Source: an uncultured Candidatus Saccharibacteria bacterium (GTDB lineage Bacteria > Patescibacteriota > WWE3 > UBA101185 > UBA10185). From it: DNA of 64,000 bases. Positions 47,899 through 57,943 of the stretch are shown here, in pieces. The translations under genes and the position numbers were made by a program. The number at the start of each line of letters is the position of its first letter. Position 1 is the stretch's first letter. The stretch is taken from assembly GCA_964387275.1 (NCBI GenBank), contig CAYLVW010000001.1, positions 5,514 to 69,513 of the forward strand. The letters are read 5' to 3'. The notes under the pieces were generated by a model. That model was not told where the DNA came from and ran no database searches. It was given only the letters and a program-made list of their open reading frames with translations.

Positions 47899-48408
47899 AT
47901 GGTTGCATCAACAATTAAAACAGATCAAAAAAAGTTGGTTATAGGTTGGTTTTCTTTTACTTGTTGTGAAGATAGCACCATTTTATTTACAGAGCTTTTG
48001 AATGACAACTTAGATACTTGGAAAAAACTCGTAGAATTTAGACACCTAAAAGCTCTAAAGACAAATAACTCCATGGAAGGTTTGGATGTTGCTTTTATTG
48101 AAGGTGCTATATCCTCAGAATCTCAAGCTGAGGAAGTAAAAAAAATACGTGAAAACGCAAAATATGTTGTTGCGATTGGTGCATGTGCTTGTACCGGCAT
48201 GCCCTCAGCAAGTAGAAATCAGTTTACAGATAAAAATATGACTGACCGTATCAAGTGGTATTTTGAGACATTTGACTATAGCCAAAAGGTAAGAAAATTA
48301 GACGAGGTTATTCAAATAGATGATAGAGTTGACGGTTGTCCTATGAACACCAAAAAGTTTATCGAAATGTTAACGAAGTATCTTACAAAATTTGAAATAA
48401 TTAAATGA
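47899..48408 (+). CDS. [NiFe]-hydrogenase small subunit, short (proximal-cluster domain only)
   Basis: TCCEDS, FIEGAI, AIGACACTG, DGCP. Confidence 0.85.
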   Translation: MVASTIKTDQKKLVIGWFSFTCCEDSTILFTELLNDNLDTWKKLVEFRHLKALKTNNSMEGLDVAFIEGAISSESQAEEVKKIRENAKYVVAIGACACTGMPSASRNQFTDKNMTDRIKWYFETFDYSQKVRKLDEVIQIDDRVDGCPMNTKKFIEMLTKYLTKFEIIK

Positions 48409-48461
48409 AGACTTTCTTGACCAAAATTAACAAAGCCTTATTACAGGTAAAATAAATTATT

Positions 48462-49763
48462 ATGCATAGCGGAGATATTACAATTGAAAATATTACAAAA
48501 ATAGAAGGCAATGCAGGTCTAAAAGTTACTGTAAGAGAAGGTAGGGTTACAGATTTAAAATTTATTATTTCTGACTATAGAAGATTTTATACGGAAGCTG
48601 TTAAAGGCAAGCCATTTATTACCGCCCCTGCTTTCTTATCAAGAATCTGTGGTACCTGTTCTGTCGCTCATTTATTTGCTTCACTTGAAGCTGTTGAGAA
48701 GTCTCAAGGTATTGAGCTTTCTGAGCAGACCAAGGTATTACGCAGACTTGCGTACGATGGTTTAATGATTCGAGACCACGCTCTACATCTGTATTTTTTT
48801 GTGTTACCAGATATATTAGGAATTGATTCAATACTAGATATACCAGATGATCACGATAACTTAGGCCATACCCTACTTCATGACTCTTTTGATATAAAAA
48901 AACTTGGTACTGAAATCACAGACGTTGTTATTGGTGCTGCAATTCATGCTCCATTTCCAACTGTTGGTGGTTTCTTAAAACTTCCTGATCCTACAAAGTT
49001 TTCTGACCTAATAGCTAAGCTTGAAAAGATAAGGCCACAAGTAATAAGAGGTATAAAGGTTTTTTATGAATGGAAAATCAATCTAACCAGAAACTCTGAC
49101 TACTTAGCTTTAAGGAATGATAAAAGTTTTGATTTTATAGATGGTTGGGTAGTAAACACGAACGGCAAAAAAGTTCCTGAAGAGAATTTTCATGATTTTT
49201 TGAAATCTGTTGTCATACCTTATACTCAGGCTGAGGGGTATGTTTTTTCAGATGGACACCAAGATTATTTGGTTGGTGCTTTAGCTAGGTTAAATTTTAA
49301 CAAAGATTTATTAAATCCTAGAACCAAAAAAGATGTAGAGCAGTATTTAGATGTATTTCCTTCAAATAATGTTCACCACAATAACTTGGCTCAAGCAATA
49401 GAGATTTTACAATGTGTTGACGAGGCTATAGATATTTTAAAGAATCTAAGTATTCAACCAGAAAAACCACAGAGACCTAAAGTAAAAGCGGGGGTTGGCG
49501 TTGGCGTAATTGAAGCTCCTAGGGGAATTTTGTACCATATGGCTAAGGTAGATGATCAGGGGATTATAATTGATTATGATGTCATTGTGCCTACAGCTCA
49601 GAATCAAATAAATATCGAAAACGACTTGAAGAAGTACTTTAATGAGAATTTAGATAAAGATGAGGTAACTTTAAAACTTGAAGCCGAGAAGATAATTAGA
49701 GCCTATGATCCATGTATGTCTTGCGCTACTAATTTTCTTAAAATAGATTGGACATATTTGTAA
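48462..49763 (+). CDS. [NiFe]-hydrogenase large subunit (group 3-related)
   Basis: KIEG, L1 RICGTCSVAH, EAPRG.L.H, VPTAQN, L2 DPCMSCATN. Confidence 0.92.
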   Translation: MHSGDITIENITKIEGNAGLKVTVREGRVTDLKFIISDYRRFYTEAVKGKPFITAPAFLSRICGTCSVAHLFASLEAVEKSQGIELSEQTKVLRRLAYDGLMIRDHALHLYFFVLPDILGIDSILDIPDDHDNLGHTLLHDSFDIKKLGTEITDVVIGAAIHAPFPTVGGFLKLPDPTKFSDLIAKLEKIRPQVIRGIKVFYEWKINLTRNSDYLALRNDKSFDFIDGWVVNTNGKKVPEENFHDFLKSVVIPYTQAEGYVFSDGHQDYLVGALARLNFNKDLLNPRTKKDVEQYLDVFPSNNVHHNNLAQAIEILQCVDEAIDILKNLSIQPEKPQRPKVKAGVGVGVIEAPRGILYHMAKVDDQGIIIDYDVIVPTAQNQINIENDLKKYFNENLDKDEVTLKLEAEKIIRAYDPCMSCATNFLKIDWTYL

Positions 49764-50098
49764 TCTATTTCTTTTTCCATAGGAATTCCCAGTATAGTCA
49801 CTTTACCTATTCTGTTAAGTTTTTTTAGATATCTTAGTTGAAATCCTAAATCAAAATCGTGAGCAGAAACCCTAGGTCCAAGCGTAATTGATCTATCATC
49901 TGTTAGTTCAAATAATCTAACGTCTTCTATGCCTTCCACTTGATCCATAATTACAACATCAGAACCATTGTCAAAAGGCAAATCCTCATTTGGTTTTACG
50001 TAGATATAATTGATATTTTCTATTTTGCTATTATTAGCAATTTCAAGAGCATTGTTATCAAAGGTTGCATCTGGATTTCCAAATACGTAAATATTCAT
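49703..50098 (-). CDS. Hydrogenase maturation protease-like (HycI/HybD fold)
   Basis: VFGNP...D, VIMD, SAHD; adjacent to large subunit. Confidence 0.7.
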   Translation of the reverse strand: MNIYVFGNPDATFDNNALEIANNSKIENINYIYVKPNEDLPFDNGSDVVIMDQVEGIEDVRLFELTDDRSITLGPRVSAHDFDLGFQLRYLKKLNRIGKVTILGIPMEKEIDYKYVQSILRKLVAQDIHGS

Positions 50099-50219
50099 TT
50101 TTTTATACTAGCTTATTTGCTGTAGTCTGCCTATTTAGTTTTATGTAACAACCTACTTTGTTTAGTTAAGATATGCCTATCAAATAGTGCTTATTGTACA
50201 CATTTGTTATTATCGTCAT

Positions 50220-50966
50220 ATGGATAAAAAATCATTACAATTGGCTTCTAGATTTTCGCTCCCTCCAAATTCGAAGGGTTACTGTGGAAGAGACTCAGCT
50301 CCGGCAAAATTCAGAAGATGTCTTCATTCCGGCAACTGTAGTGGCGTTTCAGAGGAGTTGCAGAAATTTATAGTTCTTACCCCTTACCTTAAAACTTTGT
50401 CTGAGATTACAGGATTAGACTTTGATTCATACGAGGTTGTTGAGAGTTACTGGTTAGGTAATGACTTATTAAAAAAAGCAAAACAAAAGCACTTCAATTT
50501 GTTGTTGAAAAACTTTAAGGCTCAGGGAGTTCCAGATTGGTATATTAAGGAGCTTAGAGAAAATAGACCCATTAAGTTTATTCCCATACATCAATTTCAA
50601 GTTTTTCATGTTGGGGTGGGTAAAGCTAGCGGCACAATTCCTCATAATTTGGACTCTAGTAACAACTGCATGATTAGATGGGGCCGAGTCTTATCCATAG
50701 AAAACGGTTTTGCCACACTTTCCCTAAACCAACTAAGAATAGAGAAATCACGATACACTCTAATAGATAATCCAAAAACAGAAAAGTTCAAACTTGATAA
50801 GTTGTTAACCCCGAATCTTAAAGTAAACGACATTGTAGCTGTACATTGGGATCAAATAGTTAAAATACTAACAGCATTTGAACTCTACAATCTGTCCCGT
50901 TGGACAGCAGAGGTATTAAGTACATGCAGGCCTCCTGTTTTTAAGAAAAAAGTATCAACAACCTAA
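50220..50966 (+). CDS. DUF6390-like protein (hydrogenase-locus associated)
   Basis: RFSLPPNSKGYCG, VVESYWLGNDLL, HQFQV, NCMIRWG, DIVAVHW. Confidence 0.75.
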   Translation: MDKKSLQLASRFSLPPNSKGYCGRDSAPAKFRRCLHSGNCSGVSEELQKFIVLTPYLKTLSEITGLDFDSYEVVESYWLGNDLLKKAKQKHFNLLLKNFKAQGVPDWYIKELRENRPIKFIPIHQFQVFHVGVGKASGTIPHNLDSSNNCMIRWGRVLSIENGFATLSLNQLRIEKSRYTLIDNPKTEKFKLDKLLTPNLKVNDIVAVHWDQIVKILTAFELYNLSRWTAEVLSTCRPPVFKKKVSTT

Positions 50967-51124
50967 CTACAGTTTTACTTTATATTATTATAGGGCACCT
51001 GCAGTGATTAGTACGTAATACCTCACTTTGTAGGGTGAGTTTACGAGTATTAATCTAGCGTATAAGTGCTAGTTTTGAGCCACAACACACTAAGTGATTA
51101 TGGATTTAGCTCACTTAGAATCTT

Positions 51125-51370
51125 TTATTTGGGCCAGAGTTGTTCGCCTGATTCTGAATCTACAACAACAATAGCTGCCGTTGGGCAAGATTGTGCGGCC
51201 TGAATGAGATTTTCTAGGGTATCATTAGATCCTTCTTGTACTACAGCCTTGCTTTCTGAGTCTAGCTGGAATACTTCCGGAGAGAAAGCTATACAAGAAG
51301 CCGCACCAATACATGCATCTCTTATTACAGTAACTTTATACTTACCAACCATTACTTCTGTGTCTGCCAT
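51125..51370 (-). CDS. Ferredoxin (3Fe-4S-type motif)
   Basis: CIGAASC...CPTAAI. Confidence 0.9.
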   Translation of the reverse strand: MADTEVMVGKYKVTVIRDACIGAASCIAFSPEVFQLDSESKAVVQEGSNDTLENLIQAAQSCPTAAIVVVDSESGEQLWPK

Positions 51371-51390
51371 AGTATATTAACTTAGTCACA

Positions 51391-52248
51391 CTAAATGTAT
51401 GTACTAAATAATCCTTTCAAATTTGATAAATTAACTTCCTGTTCTACCAGAGGTTTGACAGAAAGCTGGGGCAGCTGAGACTCATAGGGGAGTTTTTCTT
51501 CTTTATAGATAATACCAAGAGGAATTGTTTTCAAACCAAATTCAAGAGCTTTAGCAAATGCTTTTTCCTTATTTGTAGGATCATAATCATCCGGTAGATA
51601 GTAAGTATTATCTTGATAGAATTTATGATTGTGCTCATGATTAAATGTAGGGCATGGCTGCAATACATCCACAATAGCAAGTCCTTTATGAGCATTTGCC
51701 TGTGTAATAAGGTCTGCTAGTTTCTGAATATTTACAGCATATTCTCTTGCCACAAAAGTTGCACCTGCTGCAATTGCCATTGCCAATGGATTTAGTGGGT
51801 AATCGTGATTTCCCTCTGGAGTTGATTTAGATTTAAATCCATGTTCTGAGGCTGGCGATGTTTGTCCTGTTGTTAGAGCGTACAAACCATTATCGTGGAG
51901 AATAATTGTCATGTCATGATTTCTTCTTGAAGCGTGTATGAAATGATTCCCTCCTTCTGCTAGTGAATCCCCATCGCCTGTAAATACGAAAACATTTAAT
52001 CTGTGGTTTGCCATTTTTATGCCGGACGCTACTGGTAGAGCCCTACCATGAAGACCCTCGAATGAGTTTAGTTTAGTAAAGTTGACTATGTGACCGTGGC
52101 AACCAATACCAGCGACAATTACTGTATTATTGTTATTCCAGTCATTTGTTACAGCAGCATTTTTAAATGCAGCCCATATTGCCAAATTTCCGCATCCGGG
52201 GCACCAGTTTGGCTGACATGAGGTTGTTAGTTCATTTAGTTTAGTCAT
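51391..52248 (-). CDS. korB: 2-oxoacid:ferredoxin oxidoreductase beta subunit
   Basis: WCPGCG, GIGCHG, LHGRALP, GDGD (TPP), LTTGQTSP, LQPCPTFN. Confidence 0.95.
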   Translation of the reverse strand: MTKLNELTTSCQPNWCPGCGNLAIWAAFKNAAVTNDWNNNNTVIVAGIGCHGHIVNFTKLNSFEGLHGRALPVASGIKMANHRLNVFVFTGDGDSLAEGGNHFIHASRRNHDMTIILHDNGLYALTTGQTSPASEHGFKSKSTPEGNHDYPLNPLAMAIAAGATFVAREYAVNIQKLADLITQANAHKGLAIVDVLQPCPTFNHEHNHKFYQDNTYYLPDDYDPTNKEKAFAKALEFGLKTIPLGIIYKEEKLPYESQLPQLSVKPLVEQEVNLSNLKGLFSTYI

Positions 52249-53984
52249 TTAATCTCCTTAAAGTGAGTTGATATCTTTTCTTCAAGTTCTTCAACATAAA
52301 AGGGTCTTCCATCAAATTTTAACCATTTGTTTTTTATATCTATTCCTGTTTTTTCTTTAATTAGACCTGTTAGCTGGCCTGAATAGTTACATTCAACACT
52401 TACCACGTTCTTAGATTTGCTTAATATATTTATTAAATGTTCTGCCGGGAATGGGTTCATCCAAGTAACATGCACATAGTTAACATCAGTAAACTTTGCA
52501 ATAGCTTCTAAAATACTACCTTTATTACTGCCCCAAGACACTATTGTAAGTTTTGCATCTTTTGGTCCGTAGACTGTAGGTGCTTGCATATCTTCTTTTT
52601 CACAGGTTAGAAGTTTTGCCATCCTTTTATTCATTTGATTATTTCTGTTATCAATTTCTTCTGACGAAAGACCATACTCGTCATGTTCATCAGAGTTTGC
52701 CACAAAAAAATTACCTGTTCCCGGAATTGATCTCGTAGAAATTCCTGTTGAACTTAGTTCGTACCTTTTAAAATTTTCAACTTGCTTAGTGGTAAATTTT
52801 CCTTTATCTATTCTGTAACCCTCTACGTTGAAAATTGGGGTACTTTGGTCATTGTCACAGATGTTTTTATCTATTAGTAAAACTACAGGTGTTTGATATT
52901 TATCTGCATAGTGAAATGCCTCCATTGTCAGATAAAAAGCTTCAATAGCGTCTCCAGCTGCAAGAACAATTCTTGGAAAATCACCTTGATGTGCATGTAG
53001 GACGAATCTTAAATCTCCCTGCTCGCTCCATGTAGGGATTCCTGTCGCAGGGGCACCCCTCATCCCCTCAACAATTACTAATGGTGTTTCTGTCATTCCT
53101 GCAAGGCCATAGCCTTCCGCCATTAGACTAAATCCACCTCCAGAACTAGCAGTCATTGATCTAACACCTGCATAAGAGGCGCCTATTGCCATTGTTATTG
53201 CTGAGATCTCATCTTCAGGTTGTTTATATATGTAGCCAAACTTTTCTTGATGCGTTGCAAGTGTATGTAGTATGTTTGAAATTGGAGACATTGGGTATAT
53301 AGAGGCAAACTGAAGACCTGCTGCTATTGCTCCCATTGCAACAGCCTCATCACCGTTTACAACCATTTTAGGAGTAGGGTTTTTCATAGGCACGATTATT
53401 TCTTTCACCTCTTTTTTATACGTTTTATTTACATAATCATGGCCATTTTTTGCTGCGGTAATGTTGGCATTAATAATTTCTTCACTTTTTTTTGCAAACT
53501 CTTCTTTTAGTAACTCACAAAGTACTTCTATATTTCCCCCAAGCAGGGCAACTGTAGCTCCGAGTGCAACTGTGTTACTAAGTAGATCTTTACCTCCCGC
53601 TTCTTGTGCAATTTGCGAGAGGGGGATCTCTATTTTTAGAATGTTACTTGGTAGTTTATCTGTAGTTAGTTTCTTTCCAGAATCATATAGTACCAGGGCT
53701 TGGCTTGATAATTCTGAGATATGAAGATCTATTGTATCCTGATTTAGAGCCACTAGAATGTCTGTTTTATTTCTAGGACCTACAACCGGATCTTTTGAGA
53801 TATTTATTTGCATAATATTGTGACCGCCTCTGATTAATGATGGGTACTCTATGTAGTTATATATGTTATATCCAGATCTTGTGGCTGTTTTTGACAGTAA
53901 GAGTCCTGCAGATTTAATTCCTTGTCCGGCTTGTCCTCCGATACGTATTGAGCATACTTTTTGTTGGGCATTTACATCGGGCAT
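52245..53984 (-). CDS. korA: 2-oxoacid:ferredoxin oxidoreductase alpha subunit (gamma-alpha fusion)
   Basis: GGQAGQG, IRGGH, YPMSP, EDEISA, SSGGG, TGIPT. Confidence 0.95.
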   Translation of the reverse strand: MPDVNAQQKVCSIRIGGQAGQGIKSAGLLLSKTATRSGYNIYNYIEYPSLIRGGHNIMQINISKDPVVGPRNKTDILVALNQDTIDLHISELSSQALVLYDSGKKLTTDKLPSNILKIEIPLSQIAQEAGGKDLLSNTVALGATVALLGGNIEVLCELLKEEFAKKSEEIINANITAAKNGHDYVNKTYKKEVKEIIVPMKNPTPKMVVNGDEAVAMGAIAAGLQFASIYPMSPISNILHTLATHQEKFGYIYKQPEDEISAITMAIGASYAGVRSMTASSGGGFSLMAEGYGLAGMTETPLVIVEGMRGAPATGIPTWSEQGDLRFVLHAHQGDFPRIVLAAGDAIEAFYLTMEAFHYADKYQTPVVLLIDKNICDNDQSTPIFNVEGYRIDKGKFTTKQVENFKRYELSSTGISTRSIPGTGNFFVANSDEHDEYGLSSEEIDNRNNQMNKRMAKLLTCEKEDMQAPTVYGPKDAKLTIVSWGSNKGSILEAIAKFTDVNYVHVTWMNPFPAEHLINILSKSKNVVSVECNYSGQLTGLIKEKTGIDIKNKWLKFDGRPFYVEELEEKISTHFKEIK

Positions 53985-54077
53985 ATTATTAGTTTAATGA
54001 ATTTGAGGGTTTAGGTAAAGCAGGTACGCATAATTTATGGTATCTTTGTGTAAATTTATAGGGTTTAGGTAGCTCAA

Positions 54078-56135
54078 ATGCTAGATATTATAATTTCAGA
54101 TGCCAAAGAATTTATTATACCGTTTCTTTTTATCAATGAGTTGGTGTGGTTGTCTGGTCTTTGGATAACAACAAAAATTTACAGAAGATTATGTTGGAAA
54201 CAACAGGCGTATAGTTACTTCTATGGTTGGTTACAAGTTAGTGTAGTTGGGTTTTTATTATCCTCTGTATTTTCCACTTTTAATGTTATGTCACCAAACC
54301 TTATCTTTGGAATATTTGTTATTTTTTTTGTAATAAATATTTTTAATCTACTTTCACTAGGTAACCGGTCAACTTTTGCAGTATTGTTTACGTGGGAAGT
54401 TTTAATATCAAAAGTTAGCTTTGTAGCACTATTTGTGTTTATGTATTTAGTCTTGTCTTTTGGCCCACAGATTAACCAAATTGAAAGATTTATGGACTAT
54501 GGGTTTGTAGCCACATTACTGAATTCTACCTCTTTACCTTTAGAGGATGTGTGGTTTTCTGGACTTTCTACTAATTACTACTACTTTGGGCATTTTATAG
54601 TATATGTAATGGTTGTATTAACAGGGATTCCTCTTGAGCAGGTTTTTTTCTTGGCAGTTTGTTTTATTTTTGCTTACTTAAGTCTTGGTGCTTTCTCTAT
54701 AGGGTATATACTTACGGATAATATTTTAAAAAGGAGTGGCTTAATAGGGGGTTTGCTCTCAGCAGTTGTGTTGGTTTTTTCGGGTCCATTGCATACAGTT
54801 AATTGGTTAGTTGACTATGTTAAGTTCAAAAACTTTGGTGCTGAAGAACCATTTTTTTGGTATGCAGCGGCAACTAGGCTTATTAAGGGAACAATTTCTG
54901 AATTCCCGTTTTTTTCATTTTTGGAAGCAAACATTCATGCGCATGTATGGGGTTTAGTTATAGCTGTAACTATCATTTCTGTTCTTATACTTTTTCATAC
55001 TGATAATAAGTTTGAGGATAGCTTTTTTTCCTTAAGTAACTATAGATTTTATGCCATTGCTTTTTTACTTGGTGTTGCATTTGTTACTAACTCTTGGGAT
55101 GTTTTAACTTTGGGGTCTTTGTCGATTGCTCTACTTGTTAGGTCTTTCTTAAAAGATATTAGAAGCGCAAAACCAATTAATGCATTGGCTATGTTTACTA
55201 CTGGGTTGGTAATTTTTCTTTGCGTTACAGTACCTTGGTATATGTATTTTAGTCCTCCTGTTGGTGGTGTTGGGATTGTTAGTCAGCGGTCAGATGTATC
55301 TAATTGGTTAATGTTGTGGGGAATTTTTGTAATATTGGTTTTGTTATACGTTAGTACACTGTATTTTTATGATAAGAAAAGATTTTACTACCATTTACCA
55401 ATAATTAGTATTATTGGTATAAGTGTTTTATTTTTATTATTAGCCGAAATATTTTTTGTTAAGGATATTTTAATAGTTAATGAATGGTTCAGGGCTAATA
55501 CTTACTTCAAAATCTCTTCCCAAATTTGGGTTTGGTTGTCTTTGATATCAGGTCCGGTTATTTTGTATTCATTATTCATTACCAAGTTTAGAATTTTAAT
55601 CATTGTTTTTTCTACATTACTTTTTATTGGACTTTTGTACCCAATACAGACTATTAAGTATTTTACTAAAGTTAAGACATTTGACGGAATATCTAACCCT
55701 ATCTCTTTTCTATATCTAAACTCCCCATATGATTATGATGCTTACATTTTTTTAAAAAGATATAAAGATAATCTTCCTTTAAGAGAGCGGAAGAAAACTA
55801 TTATAGAGGCATCAGGTGATTCGTATAAAGATAACAATTATTTTTCAGTATTATTAGGTTGGCCAAGTGTAGTGGGTTGGCCGGTTCATGAGTGGACCTG
55901 GAGAGGTTCTTATGACGAGGTTGGTAAGAGAAGAGAGGAAGTTGGTGAAGTATACCAAGGAGACTCTTTTGAGAAAGCGCGGGAAATTATAGATAAGTAC
56001 AAGGTAGATTTTGTAATCGTCGGAGAGGCAGAAAAAAGAATATACGGAGATTTTTTGAAATCAGAAAAGATTAGATTTTTAGGTACAGTTATATACGAGA
56101 ATTCTGGAACGTTTGTTATAAAAATAAATAGATAG
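54078..56135 (+). CDS. DUF2298 (YYY-motif) polytopic membrane protein, GT-C-like
   Basis: ERFMDYGF, D.WFSG..NYYYFGH, ISEFPFFSF, HAH, RANTYFK, GWPVHE.TWR. Confidence 0.85.
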   Translation: MLDIIISDAKEFIIPFLFINELVWLSGLWITTKIYRRLCWKQQAYSYFYGWLQVSVVGFLLSSVFSTFNVMSPNLIFGIFVIFFVINIFNLLSLGNRSTFAVLFTWEVLISKVSFVALFVFMYLVLSFGPQINQIERFMDYGFVATLLNSTSLPLEDVWFSGLSTNYYYFGHFIVYVMVVLTGIPLEQVFFLAVCFIFAYLSLGAFSIGYILTDNILKRSGLIGGLLSAVVLVFSGPLHTVNWLVDYVKFKNFGAEEPFFWYAAATRLIKGTISEFPFFSFLEANIHAHVWGLVIAVTIISVLILFHTDNKFEDSFFSLSNYRFYAIAFLLGVAFVTNSWDVLTLGSLSIALLVRSFLKDIRSAKPINALAMFTTGLVIFLCVTVPWYMYFSPPVGGVGIVSQRSDVSNWLMLWGIFVILVLLYVSTLYFYDKKRFYYHLPIISIIGISVLFLLLAEIFFVKDILIVNEWFRANTYFKISSQIWVWLSLISGPVILYSLFITKFRILIIVFSTLLFIGLLYPIQTIKYFTKVKTFDGISNPISFLYLNSPYDYDAYIFLKRYKDNLPLRERKKTIIEASGDSYKDNNYFSVLLGWPSVVGWPVHEWTWRGSYDEVGKRREEVGEVYQGDSFEKAREIIDKYKVDFVIVGEAEKRIYGDFLKSEKIRFLGTVIYENSGTFVIKINR

Positions 56136-56165
56136 ATATTTATGTAGTGGTATAATCTATTTCTA

Positions 56166-57125
56166 ATGAAAGCTATAGAAGTTAAAAATCTTGTTAAAAA
56201 GTATAAAAAGTCTCAAACAAATTCTGTTGATGATATAAGTTTTTCAGTTGAACCTGGGGAGTTTTTTGCTTTTTTAGGGCCTAATGGTGCAGGAAAAACT
56301 ACGACTATCTCAATTCTTACTACAACTTTATCCAAGACCTCCGGAGAAGTCTTTATAAATGGCACCGAAATTGATACCAATCCTACTGAAGTAAGAAAGA
56401 ACCTTGGGGTGATCTTTCAGAACCCTAGCTTGGATTTAAATCTAACTGCAGAAGAGAATATTAGGTTTCATTCTTCCTTGTATGGTCTGTATGGGATACG
56501 ACCTTCTTTTTCATTCATGCCCAAGGACTACCAAAATAAGATATTGGAGCTAGCAGATGTATTGGATCTTAGGAAAGACATATTCAAGCCAATGTCTGGT
56601 TTTTCAGGCGGCATGAAAAGAAAGTTAGAAATAATTAGAACTCTTATGCATGAGCCTAAAATTCTGTTTCTTGACGAGCCTTCTTCTGGTCTTGATCCAT
56701 TAAGCAGGAAGAATCTTTGGATCTACTTAGACGATATACGTAAGAGAAAAGGTACAACTTTGTTTTTGACCACACACTACTTAGATGAAGCGGAGGGTGT
56801 TGATAATATTTGCATTATTAATAAAGGCAAGATTGTTATGAGAGGGACTCCTAAGGATATTAAGTCACAGCTTATTGATGACTACGTATTTCTAGTGTCA
56901 GTAGACACCAAGAATTTAGCAGAAGAGCTCAAGCATTTGGGTATTAGCTACAGCGAGACCAAATACCTTAATATGTTTGGTTTAAGGCTAGATATTTCGG
57001 GATCTGAGCTCCAAAAAATAATGCAACAGATTAACACGCCTTTATCTGATGTAAGAATAATAAATCCAACTTTAGAGCAAGCATATTTAGAAGTTATTTC
57101 CGATAGAAACTTGGAGAAGTTATGA
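56166..57125 (+). CDS. ABC-2 type transporter ATP-binding protein (DrrA-like)
   Basis: GPNGAGKTT, FSGGM, LDEP. Confidence 0.93.
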   Translation: MKAIEVKNLVKKYKKSQTNSVDDISFSVEPGEFFAFLGPNGAGKTTTISILTTTLSKTSGEVFINGTEIDTNPTEVRKNLGVIFQNPSLDLNLTAEENIRFHSSLYGLYGIRPSFSFMPKDYQNKILELADVLDLRKDIFKPMSGFSGGMKRKLEIIRTLMHEPKILFLDEPSSGLDPLSRKNLWIYLDDIRKRKGTTLFLTTHYLDEAEGVDNICIINKGKIVMRGTPKDIKSQLIDDYVFLVSVDTKNLAEELKHLGISYSETKYLNMFGLRLDISGSELQKIMQQINTPLSDVRIINPTLEQAYLEVISDRNLEKL

Positions 57126-57904
57126 AAAAAGAATTACAAGCAATTATTGCAATAGCATACAGAGATTTACTTAAGTTTTTACGTGATAAACCAAGAATTA
57201 TGGCTACTTTTGCATTTCCACTAATTTTTATCTTAATAATGGGTGGAAGTATGGATGCGAATTTATCGAGTAGTATTGGTTTTAATTTACTAGAGTTTGT
57301 GTTTACTGGTATTTTTGCTCAGACTTTGTTTCAAAGTACAGCGTCGGGAGTAATATCTCTGATAGAGGATAGGGAGAATGATTTTAGCCAAGAAATTTTT
57401 GTATCTCCGATTTCTAGATATTCTATTATTATTGGAAAAATACTTGGAGAGACTTCTGTATCTATGGCCCAGGGCTTGGTAATTTTGTTATTAGGATTTT
57501 TCTTAGGTATAAATTTAACAATCACTACTGTGTTACTTCTTTTACCCGTTAGTTTGATAGTATGTTTTTTGGGAGGAGCTTTTGGTCTTATGATTATGGC
57601 GAATTTATCGAATCAAAGAACCGCTAACCAGATTTTTCCTTTCTTACTTTTTCCTCAATTTTTCTTAGCAGGTGTATTTACTCCTATGGGTAATCTTCCG
57701 ATACATTTATTAGTTTTATCCAGAATTGCTCCCATGACTTATGCAGTTGATTTTATTAGAAATTTCTATTACCTTGGAAGTTTGGCAGCTCCTAAAGTAT
57801 TATTGCATCCTATGTTGTTAAATTTAGGAATTATTCTTGCAATGTCAGTTGTGTTTGTTCTTGTAGGAACAATTGCTTTTGTTAAGAACGAACGAAATCG
57901 TTAA
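57122..57904 (+). CDS. ABC-2 type transporter permease
   Basis: Six TM; DRENDF, PMTYAVD; ATGA overlap. Confidence 0.92.
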   Translation: MKKELQAIIAIAYRDLLKFLRDKPRIMATFAFPLIFILIMGGSMDANLSSSIGFNLLEFVFTGIFAQTLFQSTASGVISLIEDRENDFSQEIFVSPISRYSIIIGKILGETSVSMAQGLVILLLGFFLGINLTITTVLLLLPVSLIVCFLGGAFGLMIMANLSNQRTANQIFPFLLFPQFFLAGVFTPMGNLPIHLLVLSRIAPMTYAVDFIRNFYYLGSLAAPKVLLHPMLLNLGIILAMSVVFVLVGTIAFVKNERNR

Positions 57905-57943
57905 GATTGTTTTAGTAGGTAATCTCAGCGCATCTATTTTAAG

